Positions 1-12,700 of a stretch of 64,000 nucleotides of DNA are shown here, in pieces. The notes below the pieces were generated by a model, which saw only the letters and a list, made by a program, of their open reading frames with translations, had not been told where the DNA came from and made no database searches. Positions within the stretch are counted from its first letter, which is position 1. Every line of letters begins with the position of its first letter. Position numbers and translations under genes: made by a program. The stretch comes from Antedon mediterranea (lineage: Eukaryota; Animalia; Echinodermata): contig NC_092672.1 in NCBI RefSeq assembly GCF_964355755.1, positions 3,162,001-3,226,000 of the forward strand, written 5' to 3'.

Positions 1-67
1 CGGCCCCCTGGCCATTGTTGCTCGCTTCGCTCGCACCCCCCCATTATAAATGCTGCATACGGGCCTG
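1..67. mobile_element. Right end of a hAT-like non-autonomous element (truncated by window edge)
   Basis: GC-rich stretch ending CTGCATACGGGCCTG (53-67), a CAGG..-type terminal inverted repeat; the other end is outside the window. Confidence 0.4.
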
Positions 68-96
68 ATTTACACACAACGCAGAGCGGACAGATG

Positions 97-712
97 GATA
101 GATACAAATTCTATGTGGGCAAGTTACGGCATTTTCCATTTACCGTAATATAACCGCTCATCTGTATAAATTGGATAGATACAAATTCTATGTGGGCAAG
201 TTACGGCGTTTTCCATTTACCGTAATATAACCGCTCGTCTGTATAAATTGGATAGATACAAATTCTATGTGGGCAAGTTACGGCGTTTTCCATTTACCGT
301 AATATAACCGCTCATCTGTATAAATTGGATAGATACAAATTCTATGTGGGCAAGTTACGGCGTTTTCCATTTACCGCAATATAACCGCTCGTCTGTATAA
401 ATTGGATAGATACAAATTCTATGTGGGCAAGTTACGGTGTTTTCCATTTACCGTAATATAACCGCTCGTCTGTATAAATTGGATAGATACAAATTCTATG
501 TGGGCAAGTTACGGCGTTTTCCATTTACCGCAATATAACCGCTCGTCTGTATAAATTGGATAGATACAAATTCTATGTGGGCAAGTTACGGTGTTTTCCA
601 TTTACCGTAATATAACCGCTCGTCTGTATAAATTGGATAGATACAAATTCTATGTGGGCAAGTTACGGTGTTTTCCATTTACCGTAATATAACCGCTCGT
701 CTGTATAAATTG
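97..712. repeat. 77-bp tandem repeat, 8 near-identical copies (MYBBP1A intron)
   Basis: Unit GATAGATACAAATTCTATGTGGGCAAGTTACGG...GTCTGTATAAATTG starts at 97,174,251,328,405,482,559,636. Confidence 0.97.
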
Positions 713-739
713 GCCTTTATTTAAAAGAATATACTTTAC

Positions 740-3700
740 CTCAGCATTTTTCTCTTGTGTGGCATCTTTACGTTGTCTCCGAGTTTTAAGGGGCGATGGG
801 TCAATAGATGATGTCAATATACGCACAAGAAACAGACAACCACTAGAAATCAGTGATACTATGAACACTGATGAAGCTGTAAAGAATAAGTATAACAGAT
901 ATATCATTCAAAGGGTTATACAGTATATCTTCATAGAGTCAACTCTACAGTATATCTTCATAGAGTCAACTAAACAGTAAATCTTCATAGAGTCAACTAT
1001 ACAGTATATCTCCATAGAGTCAACTATACAGTATATCTCCATAGAGTCAACTATACAGTATATCTTCAGAGTCAACTATACAGTATATCTTCATTGAGTC
1101 AACTCTACAGTATATCTTCATAGAGTCAACTATACAGTATATCTTCATAGAGTCAACTATACAGTATATCTTCATAGAGTCAACTATACAGTATATCTCC
1201 ATAGAGTCAACTATACAGTATATCATCATAGAGTCAACTATACAGTATATCATCAGAGTCAACTATACAGTATATCTTCATAGAGTCCTATACAGTATAT
1301 CTTCATAGAGTCAACTATACAGTATATCTTCATAGAGTCAACTATACAGTATATCTTCATTGAGTCAACCTGGGGCGGATCCAGAGGGGGGGTCCACGGG
1401 GTCCGGACCCCCCCTAAATTTTAAGGGTGCCCTTTTTTTAGAGGTTCAATATTTTATTCGTGTGACATATTTGTGTGTATATTAGTATGCACAGAGTAGG
1501 CTACACTAACCCCAAAAATAAAAACAGAAATTTATCACAATGAGCGCGATGTTAAGTTACGGCGGCCGATCAAAGAGCATCGTGAGAGGTGGTGACGCGT
1601 GATGATCTCTACTTAAACTTCTAAAAATAGATCGTTTCACATACTACAGAGGGCGCATGTAAACTTTTTACGATTCAACTCCGCGTACGTTACCATGCGC
1701 GCTATGTCATTGACGTGATTATTTGTCCATTGGTAAACACATTTTGATGTATTATTATTCTGAAAATAATTGAACTGTAAACATAATTCTTTTGAGTATT
1801 TGTTTATTTACATATCATTCCATCAGATCAACTATTTTTTATTTCCATTACATCCAACCAAACATGTAAAAAATGTATTTAAAATATCGTACTATCTAGC
1901 GCGTACGACCATACGCGGTAGATTGTTTACTCAAAAATCATCGAACGGTCATCCTACACTATTCAACTTTGTTCTTGTAGTTGAGCCTCTCATGACCTGG
2001 GATTTGTTTGACTTCCTACGCCAAGATAATATAGTTCTACAAGCCATGTGCTTTTTTCTTTGAGAAATATTTATTATAAGTGCAAAAAAAATGTTTTTTT
2101 CTCGATATCAAGCCTTTATTATTCAAATCTTTTAAAGAAAAATCACACATACCATAAAGAAGGTTCATTTATTTCATTTTTGAAACAATTATTTGTGAAA
2201 ATTACGTGAGGCTCAACTACAAAACCACCATTTTGTGATATGATGTCATCGTAAGCCAATCAAAGCTGAGCTTTCCCGCGATCGGCAGAGCTCATGGCCG
2301 GTTGAATGATTTTGGATTCTGGCTATTTGATTGGTGGACGCGAATCACCCACAGCGGAATGTTTTCTCTCGCGTACGTGTACCAAGAAGTCACGTGATCA
2401 CTCTGTACTGAACGGTACTACACAAATTTAGAGCAATGAATTTGTACGAACTCCGTTAAATAAACAACTCTATATATTTTATAAACATTTAATAACATAT
2501 TTTATTGATATTTCCAATGTTGATATATAAAAGAAATTACTATAAAACGTAATTATATGTAATTATTTTAGCGAAAAATGGCGCAATTTGTTTACAACGT
2601 TCGTGGCTAAAAACGATCATTTTCGGCAATGTTTTAGACCCTATATTTCGAAAACTACAAGTCAGATTTTCGTAATTCTTTCTTTATTGGAATATTGAAA
2701 CAAAATACCAACAGATAATGTTTAAATTGGTTGAAAAATAACAACTTTTAATTTTGCATCGTTATCCCTGCTAATAAAGTGTCATTTCCGGCGAACTAGA
2801 AAGGTGCCATTTATCATGGATTTTGCGTGCGAGAGTGCCATTTCCGGCCATCTAAGTGTGTCCTGTAACAAAATTCGCTTCGCCACAACCCCCACCATGG
2901 GGGGGCTGTGGCTCAAATACTCAATATCTGATGTGCCCTTTTTATCGGCGGACCCCCCCTCTCAAAAATGTCTGGATCCGCCCCAGTCAACTCTACAGTA
3001 TATCATCATAGAGTCAACTATACAGTATATCTTCATAGAGTCAACTATACAGTATATCTTCATTGAGTCAACTCTACAGTATATCTTCATAGAGTCAACT
3101 AAACAGTAAATCTTCATAGAGTCAACTAAACAGTATATCTTCATACAGTCAACTAAACAGTAAATCTTCATAGAGTCAACTATACAGTATATCTTCATAG
3201 AGTCAACTCTACAGTATATCTTCATAGAGTCAACTATACAGTAAATCTTCATAGAGTCAACTATACAGTAAATCTTCATAGAGTCAACTATACAGTAAAT
3301 CTTCATAGAGTCAACTATACAGTAAATCTTCATAGAGTCAACTATACAGTATATCTTCATACAGTCAACTATACAGTAAATCTTCATAGAGTCAACTATA
3401 CAGTATATCTTCATAGAGTCAACTATACAGTATATCTCCATAGAGTCAACTCTACAGTATATCTTCATAGAGTCAACTAAACAGTAAATCTTCATAGAGT
3501 CAACTATACAGTAAATCTTTATAGAGTCAACTATACAGTAAATCTTTATAGAGTCAACTATACAGTATATCTTCATAGAGTCAACTCTACAGTATATCTT
3601 CATAGAGTCAACTATACAGTAAATCTTCATAGAGTCACCTATACAGTAAATCTTCATAGAGTCAACTATATAGTAAATCTTCATAGAGTCAACTATACAG

Positions 3701-6700
3701 TAAATCTTCATAGAGTCAACTATACAGTATATCTTCATACAGTCAACTATACAGTAAATCTTCATAGAGTCAACTATACAGTATATCTTCATAGAGTCAA
3801 CTATACAGTATATCTCCATAGAGTCAACTATACAGTATATCTTCATAGAGTCAACTATACAGTATATCTTCATAGAGTCAACTATACAGTAAATCTTCAT
3901 AGAGTCAACTATACAGTAAATCTTCATAGAGTCAACTATACAGTATATCATCATAGAGTCAACTAAACAGTATATCTCCATAGAGTCAACTAAACAGTAA
4001 ATCTTCATGAGTCAACTATACAGTAAATCTTCATAGAGTCAACTAAAACATTTTGATTATGTAGTAGTATAGTATTCGTTTACCTTTCCTTAGGGCTTTC
4101 ATCATATCTTCTAAGCATTTATGCAACTCTTCTTTTTCATCACCTGATACTTTCGGATACTAAAAATAACAAATAAATATTCAAATATTTGATCATCTGT
4201 TTAGTAATTTAGTGTGAATAAGTCGCAGTGTTTATCAAAATAATATATTATATAGAAGAACCCCATGTCTATATAATAGAGGTTTACTGTAAACATAATA
4301 TATTATATAGAAGAACCCCATGTCTATATAATAGAGGTTTACTGTAAACAAAATTGGTGTTCTTACCTTTTTTGGTCGACAGAGTTTAGTCTTATATATG
4401 TTTGCAGCTTTATCTTTTAATAAATCCTGATCTTTATCACTAGAAGCTGTCTGTATCATGTAGACTAGCGGTAACAAAAGATCCTAAATCCAATTTAACG
4501 AAAAATGATAGGAGAATTACAAACATGCAAAATAATATTGGCATTTAAATATTTTGGCACAAATGGCGTTTCAGAGCTGTTTCAGACAAAAATCAAAAAG
4601 CTGACTGGCTAACATAAAAAAGATTACAGACTTGGGCCAAGTCTATATTGGTGTTTGCATTTCATTTGAATGGTTTTTACTGTCATAAAACTTACAGCAA
4701 CTAGGATGTTCTCCGGTTGCTGTTTGATGAAAATCGTTACAAGATCGAGAACACGCAACTTAAAATGTAGTACAAGCGTTACAGCTTCCATTTTGGATTT
4801 CTTCTTTTGCAGTTTTTCTTTGAATGCCGCTGCTAAGACTGAATCAAATCTCATCATCGTCTCGTCATCCATGTCATCATCTTCCTCGTCCTCCTGCTCA
4901 TCTTCCTAAGAACGAATAAATAGCGGAGTTACTCTTTATGTTAAGATAAAATGCTTGTTTACAAAAACATAATGTGTACTGTACATATCGAGATAGATAA
5001 TCTGCACATGGAGATTATATAACATATATAGCAACAGTATGTATTTACATAAAAAGATGGAAGGACTTTGTACACTGTATCGCATCTACCATGCACCTCT
5101 TATATCTCACTCCTTTCTTGCATCTATGCACAAGCCACATTTCTTTAATTTATCAAACATATTACGAAAAATTGTTTACAACTATAAAATATTTATTTAA
5201 ATAGTAAAAATATTCCTCTTGTAAACATCTAAATCTGACAAGTATATTGAGTCGTACCTCATCACTTGGTTGAACAGCGGCATCTCCTAAAGCATCTCGG
5301 ATTTGAGCTCTGAACTCATCATCGACCATCTCGATATCATCTTCATCCTCCTCATCATCTTCCTCATCATCGTCCTCATCATCATCCTCATCACTTTCAT
5401 CATCGTGTTTGGAACCGTCTTCTTCAATCTCATCTTCTTCGTTAATGTTACCATTACTCTGAAAAATAATAAGATTGTTTACCAGTACAATACTATCAAA
5501 AGATATAACTACAATCAAATTTTCACTTTGGTAACTAAAGCTCTGTCTACACTATCAGACTTTATGAAAAAAAAAATTTAATGTGCCCATATATGGACAC
5601 AATGACATCATATCACTTCCATATTTTGGCATATCACTACCATATTTGGGCACATCACAATTTTTTGTCAAACTGGTTTGATAGTGTAGACTGAGCTTAA
5701 GGACAAAAGCAAAGTAACTTACTGGTGAATTTTCCTTATCCTCATCGATATCTTCTTCTTCTATATTAAAAAAAAGGGAAATACAAAATAAGGAATGTAA
5801 GCAAAGAAGAAGTTAAACAATTTTTTAAAAGAACATATAATATACTAAAGGAAAGAGACTGTAGTGAGATGTCAATAGGTCATAGGTCATACAAATCATA
5901 ATAGGTCATAGGTCATAATTGAGATTATTTTTACCTGAATCATTAACCAATTCCACATTACTTTCTTCTTCTTTGTTCTTTGATGGATCTAAAACCTACA
6001 AAATTGGAAATAAAATGTGAATTTGGAGAGGACAAAACTGGTTATCAATACATTCATAAATAAAATATAAAATAACATGCCACAGTGGCAGACTTCAACA
6101 GCTTTAATTTATACTCCATTAATAGCAAGCTTTGCTGTTATGGTTAAACTAAAGTATCCAAACATAGGCAGCACATAACAAGCTCCCTCCACTAACACTT
6201 ACATCTACTAAAAGAGACAACGCCTTCTTTGTCATATGCGAACAGATCATCTTGAAGGTATTGTCGACAACTGCCCTCAATAGATGAGATGATTTAGAGA
6301 GAAGGCCAATCAGAATATCAACAACTACTTCTACCCACTCTGGTTCTGAAAAAATAAAATAACATTAAATTATAAACACATCTATTCTTTACAATAACTG
6401 TACATTTGTTTGTCTACGAGTATCTATTCACTTTTCTGTGGATATGTAAGCTTTATAAATATTATGATCTTAAAATAGAAATAATTAGTATATTATTTTT
6501 ACCATCAACTTGTTTAGCAACAGACCGGCGTTTGGTGAATGCCTTCTTGTAACAATTGCTTAATTCCTATAAAAACAAAACAAAAAAAGGTGAAATATAA
6601 AAATTAAATTCATGATTATATTTTATGTATAAATAATATTATATATTTTCAATAACCAGACACTGATTATTAATTAATTCTGACCTCAACAAGGTCAACT

Positions 6701-9700
6701 GCATTGCTTGGTTCCATAAATATCTGAAGTCCGACATGAAGAAAGAGGAGCTGGAAGGCCGATCCTGCTGTTATGTTCCTTTTACTTTCCATCTTGGATT
6801 CTACATCTGCCACTGAAGAAAGCATCTTCTCCCATGCTGATTTCATCTATGAACAGAAATCACTGCATGTTAAAAATTGTGCATTTATATATTTAATAGT
6901 TTGTTTAAAATGACTTTAGAAATTTTGTAGGATGAAATAAAAAGGTGTTTGTATTGACATCAAAGTCTTACTTCAGAAGTGAATTCAATGCGAAAGGTGA
7001 CATGTGGTGAGGTCACTAACTGTTGGGCGTATTGCACTATCAACTTGACCCAGAGGTCACCTCCAGATGTCATTCCCAATGTCCTTTGATTCTGACCTGG
7101 TTCATTTTCTTCAACCAACACTGAAACCAAAAAATAAATAAATAGTATGATATAAGAATTTCGGTCTTTATTTCACACTCTCTTGGCAATAACAAAATGA
7201 ATTGTGGTTAGATTACAATATATATAAAATAAACCAATATAAATAAAATACCTTGTGAGGCAGGCATGTTGCTAAGCGACGTCAAGCAACTTTGAAACAG
7301 GCTGGCCAGGAGCTCCTGTAATTCTTTCCCAATCTTATGAGCTAAAAGATGTTTGCATTGTGGGATACTTGTATCATTTGATTCAATATTAAAATATGCA
7401 TGAACAAACAGGAACTGAGTAACATCTAAAACCCATTGTTCCTGCTTAGGAATGCCTGGACTTCTTATTAACGACAGCATCTACCAAGTAAAAACAAATG
7501 AAAATACATCATTAGTAAAGATCCAATTTGTAACAACTTAAAAATATTTATACAAAATGTAAATAATATTCAATCTAACCTCATGACACACCCATCGTCG
7601 AGTAGAATCTAGATCTGGTACTTTCTCAAAACTATAGAAAAAAATTGAAAATATACAATATTACATTTTAATTGGAAACGCAATTTGTCTTACTAGATTA
7701 ATATATGCTTTAACATTGATAAATTGTTAAATTACCTGTCTTGGGTTGGACCATTGATGAATAGGTTCTTTAGAAACTTTACATACAACTTAACTCCTTT
7801 AAGATTCAACTAAAAACAAAGGGAAAATCAAAGAATTGTAAAAATACTGAAAAAAATGGATCACTACTGCAAACATAGATACATATATACTGTACATAGA
7901 AAAAACATTATTTTATATGACTGGGATACTCACATTGTTTATTAAATTATGTACGGATCTCGTCTTTGTAATTTGATCAAAGTGTATATTTCCTGACCTA
8001 AGAAGATCAAGTAATGACATAAAAGGTTATGATAAAATAAACAAAATAGTACATGTAAATTCTGACTGGGTTAGCATAAACATTAGTTAATTTTGGGCTC
8101 TTTGACTACTACAAGAATGAAATGAAAAACTTGTAGTCAAAAGCAAGACTATAATAATTATTAGTTACTAGATGGCACGCTCGCTTCGCTCGCGTACCAT
8201 CTAGGTCGTGCCCACAGATGGTTCTCGAATACACAGTATTTCCAGCGAGAAAAAAATGGAGATTTCAAATGTACGTACCGCAGGACTATAATACATTGTC
8301 GTTTACAGAAACGAATAAATATACACAATGATTTATGTAGTCAACCAAAATTAGCACCCTGGGAATTACTTCCGAGAGAGAAACAAAATGAGTCAAATTT
8401 TTTTATTTGGACTCATTTAAACAAACCCAATTTGTGTTTTGTATGTAACATTAAGGGTTGAGGGATGGGGGAAGAAGATAGGTACAAAGAGGAAACATTT
8501 TAAAATATATTCTTATCCACTCAGTAACGAAATATTGTTTTTAATGTTTTATAGGCCTATAAATAATATACCACTAAATACAGTAAAACATTTACGATTT
8601 AATACGGTACTTTGTTAAAACTCTCACTGTCATAGTCGATTGAAATAGTAAAGTACATGTAACGATACACCACTACGACGTTTATATATTTTTAAATTAT
8701 TAATACAAACGTTGAGAAGCAACTGTCAGTAATAACGTTTATTTATTTGTATATTATATGTTTATAATCTAACAGTAGGGCCTACCCACACTCACAGTAA
8801 TAAAGTTTATTTGTATATATTTTTATATTACATCTAACAGTACCAACACTCACAGTAAGAAATTTGCGATTCAAATTGGGATCAAAAGTGGTTAATACCT
8901 TAACAGTATTGTACAGCATTGCAATACTATTTATGTTTATTCTCCAAGGGGGCCCATAAATCTAAATCTATACCTCTATGGTTAAACCAAATAATTTGGA
9001 ATGTTTATTTGTATATTATATGTTTATAATCTAACAGTAGGGCCTACCCACACTCACAGTAATAAAGTTTATTTGTATATATTTTTATATTACATCTAAC
9101 AGTACCAACACTCACAGTAAGAAATTTGCGATTCAAATTGCGATCAAAAGTGGTTAATACCTTAACAGTATTGTACAGCATTGCAATACTATTTATGTTT
9201 ATTCTCCAAGGGGGCCCATAAATCTAAATCTATACCTGTATGGTTAAACCAAATAATTTGGAATGTTCCATTCATCACAAATCAATACATTTGTAAAAAC
9301 GTATATTAAATGTATCAAAATAGTATTTTTTAAAGAAAATCGGCCTGTCTTCAACATTATGATGCTGTACTCGAACTGTTCAACCGGTTTTCAGCTATTA
9401 AAAACAATTATCGTAGGAGGAGATAGGAAAATGCGAAGCCTCCTCGCATTTTTGTGGCGGGTATTTTTCAAGATGGACATCCATTAGACAGTGTATACCA
9501 CGATCGGAAAACACCCCTATTTGGGGCAAATCGTTGAACCTAAATTCGTTTTAATCGTCAATAACTAATTATCTAACTTAATTTAATTAGTAAACAGGGT
9601 TACATCAGGTGGTTAAAATCAGTACCGAAAGTACGAACCAACTTTATATACCATCGAGTAAAAATTCTAGAAGTAAGGCGCAATTTACCGAATTTTGCCC

Positions 9701-12700
9701 TTACGTAAATTTATATATAGATACTGGGTGACCTCTTCAGTCAACCACTGGTCTCCCAGAGGGCCCAGTTATGATCAGTGGCTGTGATGTACTAGTACAC
9801 CGGAGTAACCCCCTAATTATCTCAAAAGATGTACTAGGTTTTTTAAAGTGCTAAATGTGTACACCAGACCTATGGTTTATAGTCCTTATCCAAGAAGACC
9901 CATTCTACCACCAGAACCATGGAGCAAGACAAGATTCAAAGCTTTGCTGATGTTATGGTTACATAATTACGGTTCCACTACCATAGCCGCTCGGTCACTC
10001 ACTCACAGACAAACAGTACAGAATATGTCTGAATAAGTCCGAGTTAAACGGATTTGATTCTGTTTATACTAACTTGCTTATGAGACATTTTAAAATCTCA
10101 AGTTGCGTGGCACCATCTTGAATCTCCTTGACAACCAATGGTAATGTTGCACTCTATAAAAAATCACACAAAAAAAACATTTGAATTGTTAATTGTTCTA
10201 AATCTATGTTGTAAAAATTATAAAATAAGAGATTTATTTTTTTGTTTTTCTTTATATTTATAATAATGTAGACACTTGTAATTTTGTTCTTGAGCTATGG
10301 AGAATTTTGTACTCTCTTCTATCTACTCTATTCTTTTTTACGAAATAAAAGATGAAACAAATATTAGGTTTATTATAAAGTAATTATAAATCATGGGTTA
10401 GTTATCCTTCTTTCGGGCAAACACATTTCACTTACAAACTTTTTACTAGCCTCATGCAGAAAATGTTGTTTGTTTGCCAGGCTATTAATCAGTATCTTGA
10501 CTACCGCTGGGCTTAACACATTATCAACTTCTTCTGCACTGCATTCACGTAGGAGGCGCTCAACGAGTTGCAATGCCAGGTAGCGGCATTCTTGACGAGC
10601 ATGAAGCAGGCCACCTATAGGTACACAGTACAGAGTTTATTTATAATTATGTATGTTTTGCTATTGTTTTTAGTTTTCACACCATACCAGTCCCATTCTA
10701 TTTTTATTCCCAGTTTCCTGGACTTTCTGCATTCTGACTCCTGAGGACGATCAAAGCATATTGATCAAAACGTCGAGAAACTCAACATTTCTTTTCAGAA
10801 CTATCTACATAGTGTACCGCAAACTTTATATCAATATTTTGTTCATGTGAAATTGAATAGGGAGAATATTTTATGAGCTGAAATATTGACTGCTCTATTT
10901 CGCATTGGCCGCGGAGTAGAACAGTTATGCAGTGACTTGACGTATTCAAGAATAAAAGGAAGCTTACTATCAACAACTTGTTGACAAAACACAGTAACCT
11001 TTTCCTGATCTTGAAGAACAAGTTTCAACACCTCATCACAAACACTGTTGACATTAGGGTGAGATATGATAGTAGATTCCTGAACAACAACATTATCATT
11101 ATTTAATTAAAAAATGAAAAACAAGCAAAAAATAAATTTCAAAATGTTACACCACATTGACCTAATTAATTTCTCATAAAAGTTTTCAATTTTGGAATAC
11201 AACAGGAACAATACATTTAAAAATATTTATATGCTTATTATTTATTATGGGCGACCTCTTCAGTCAAGGACTGGTCTCTCAGAAAGCCCAGTTATGATCA
11301 GTGGCTGTGAGTGACAGTGGCTGTGTGTGTACTAGTATGCCGGGGTAACCCCCTACTCGTCTCGAAAGATGTACTAGGTTCTTTAAAGTGCGCATGAGCT
11401 AGATGTGTACACTGGATCTACAGTTTATAGTCCTTATCCAAGAAGACTCGCTTTACCACCAGAACTATGGAGTGAGTGAGCCTTGAACCCTTGCCAATGT
11501 TATGGCTAAGTAATTACAATTTCACTGCCTTAACCGCTCGGTCACTCAATCGTTGATATCGCTGTACTTACTGTGAAGATTTTCACAACATGATTTAGAT
11601 TGTCGGGGTGCAATATGTCTTTATGTCCCCAATGAGTCTTCAAAAACTTGCTTTTGACAACATCCTATAAATAACAAAAGAAATAGATACAATTTCAATA
11701 CCGATAGACAATAGCAATCTTTTTACAAGAACAATTAACCTACAGTACCATTAAGCTCTGTCTACACTATCAAACTTTATGTGATATGTCTATATATGGA
11801 CATGATGATGTCGTATCGCTACCATATTTAAGCATATCACTACTATATATGGGCACATCACACTAGTTTGATAGTGTAGACAGAGCTTTATGTATTGTTT
11901 ATGCCTTTTCTCATTTTTGCTGGGTACTTACAGGAAAACAACGATGGCAAGTTAGCAACGTCTGCAGGATGTGAGGAGAGCACCCTTCCCAGCCACAACT
12001 GAGATCAGACTTGATCGACGGCCAGATGTGTTCACTAAATGTTTCTTTGGAACTCTTCATGAACAAAGGAAAAATGTATGAAAAAAACTAGTTTAGTACA
12101 GTAAATGATAAAATATGAACTTTTTTTATCCTCGATAGCAAAATAGTAAGTAAGATGTCTACTTATTCAATTATCTCTTGTGTCATCTTGATTATTCGTT
12201 TTTTTTTAAATTACAGTATAATAGTGCTGATTTTTTAAACATTTAACATGTGATGTGTAGGCTGTTGTTTTAAGCTCTGTCTACACTATCAAATTTTATG
12301 TGACAAAAATGTGCCCATATATAGACATGATCATGGTCATATCACTACCATATTTGGGCACATCAAACTTATTTTGTCAAACTAGTTTGATAGTGTAGAC
12401 AGAGCCTTACCATATTTATCAGGTCCATTGATGCTTGAGTACAAAGATCTTGTAGATAACTTTTCTTTTCAGAAAATCCTTTCAATTTTGTTAGAACATT
12501 AACAGTATATTTTCCATCTTCCTGTTTATTGAAAAAAAAGACCATTTTAATAAATTGCCACAAAATAACTTAATAAAACAATACAATAAAACAGAATTAG
12601 GTATTTACTGCTTGCAATCTGCCTGATTGAACAACTGCAATATATGCAAACACTTGGCCAAACATATGCTCCCTCTCTTCCTAAAAAAAAATAAAAAAAA

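Noticed and set aside
97-712. CRISPR-like appearance of regular repeats (also 917-4045, 27088-27231)
   Set aside because: Units are contiguous with no unique spacers, there are no cas genes, and the context is eukaryotic introns.
2962-4008. 348-aa ORF of MKIYCIVDS repeats (also 1047-1262, 759-980, 2804-3109)
   Set aside because: Translation of a 27-bp intronic minisatellite; open only because the unit is a multiple of 3 and lacks stops in that frame.
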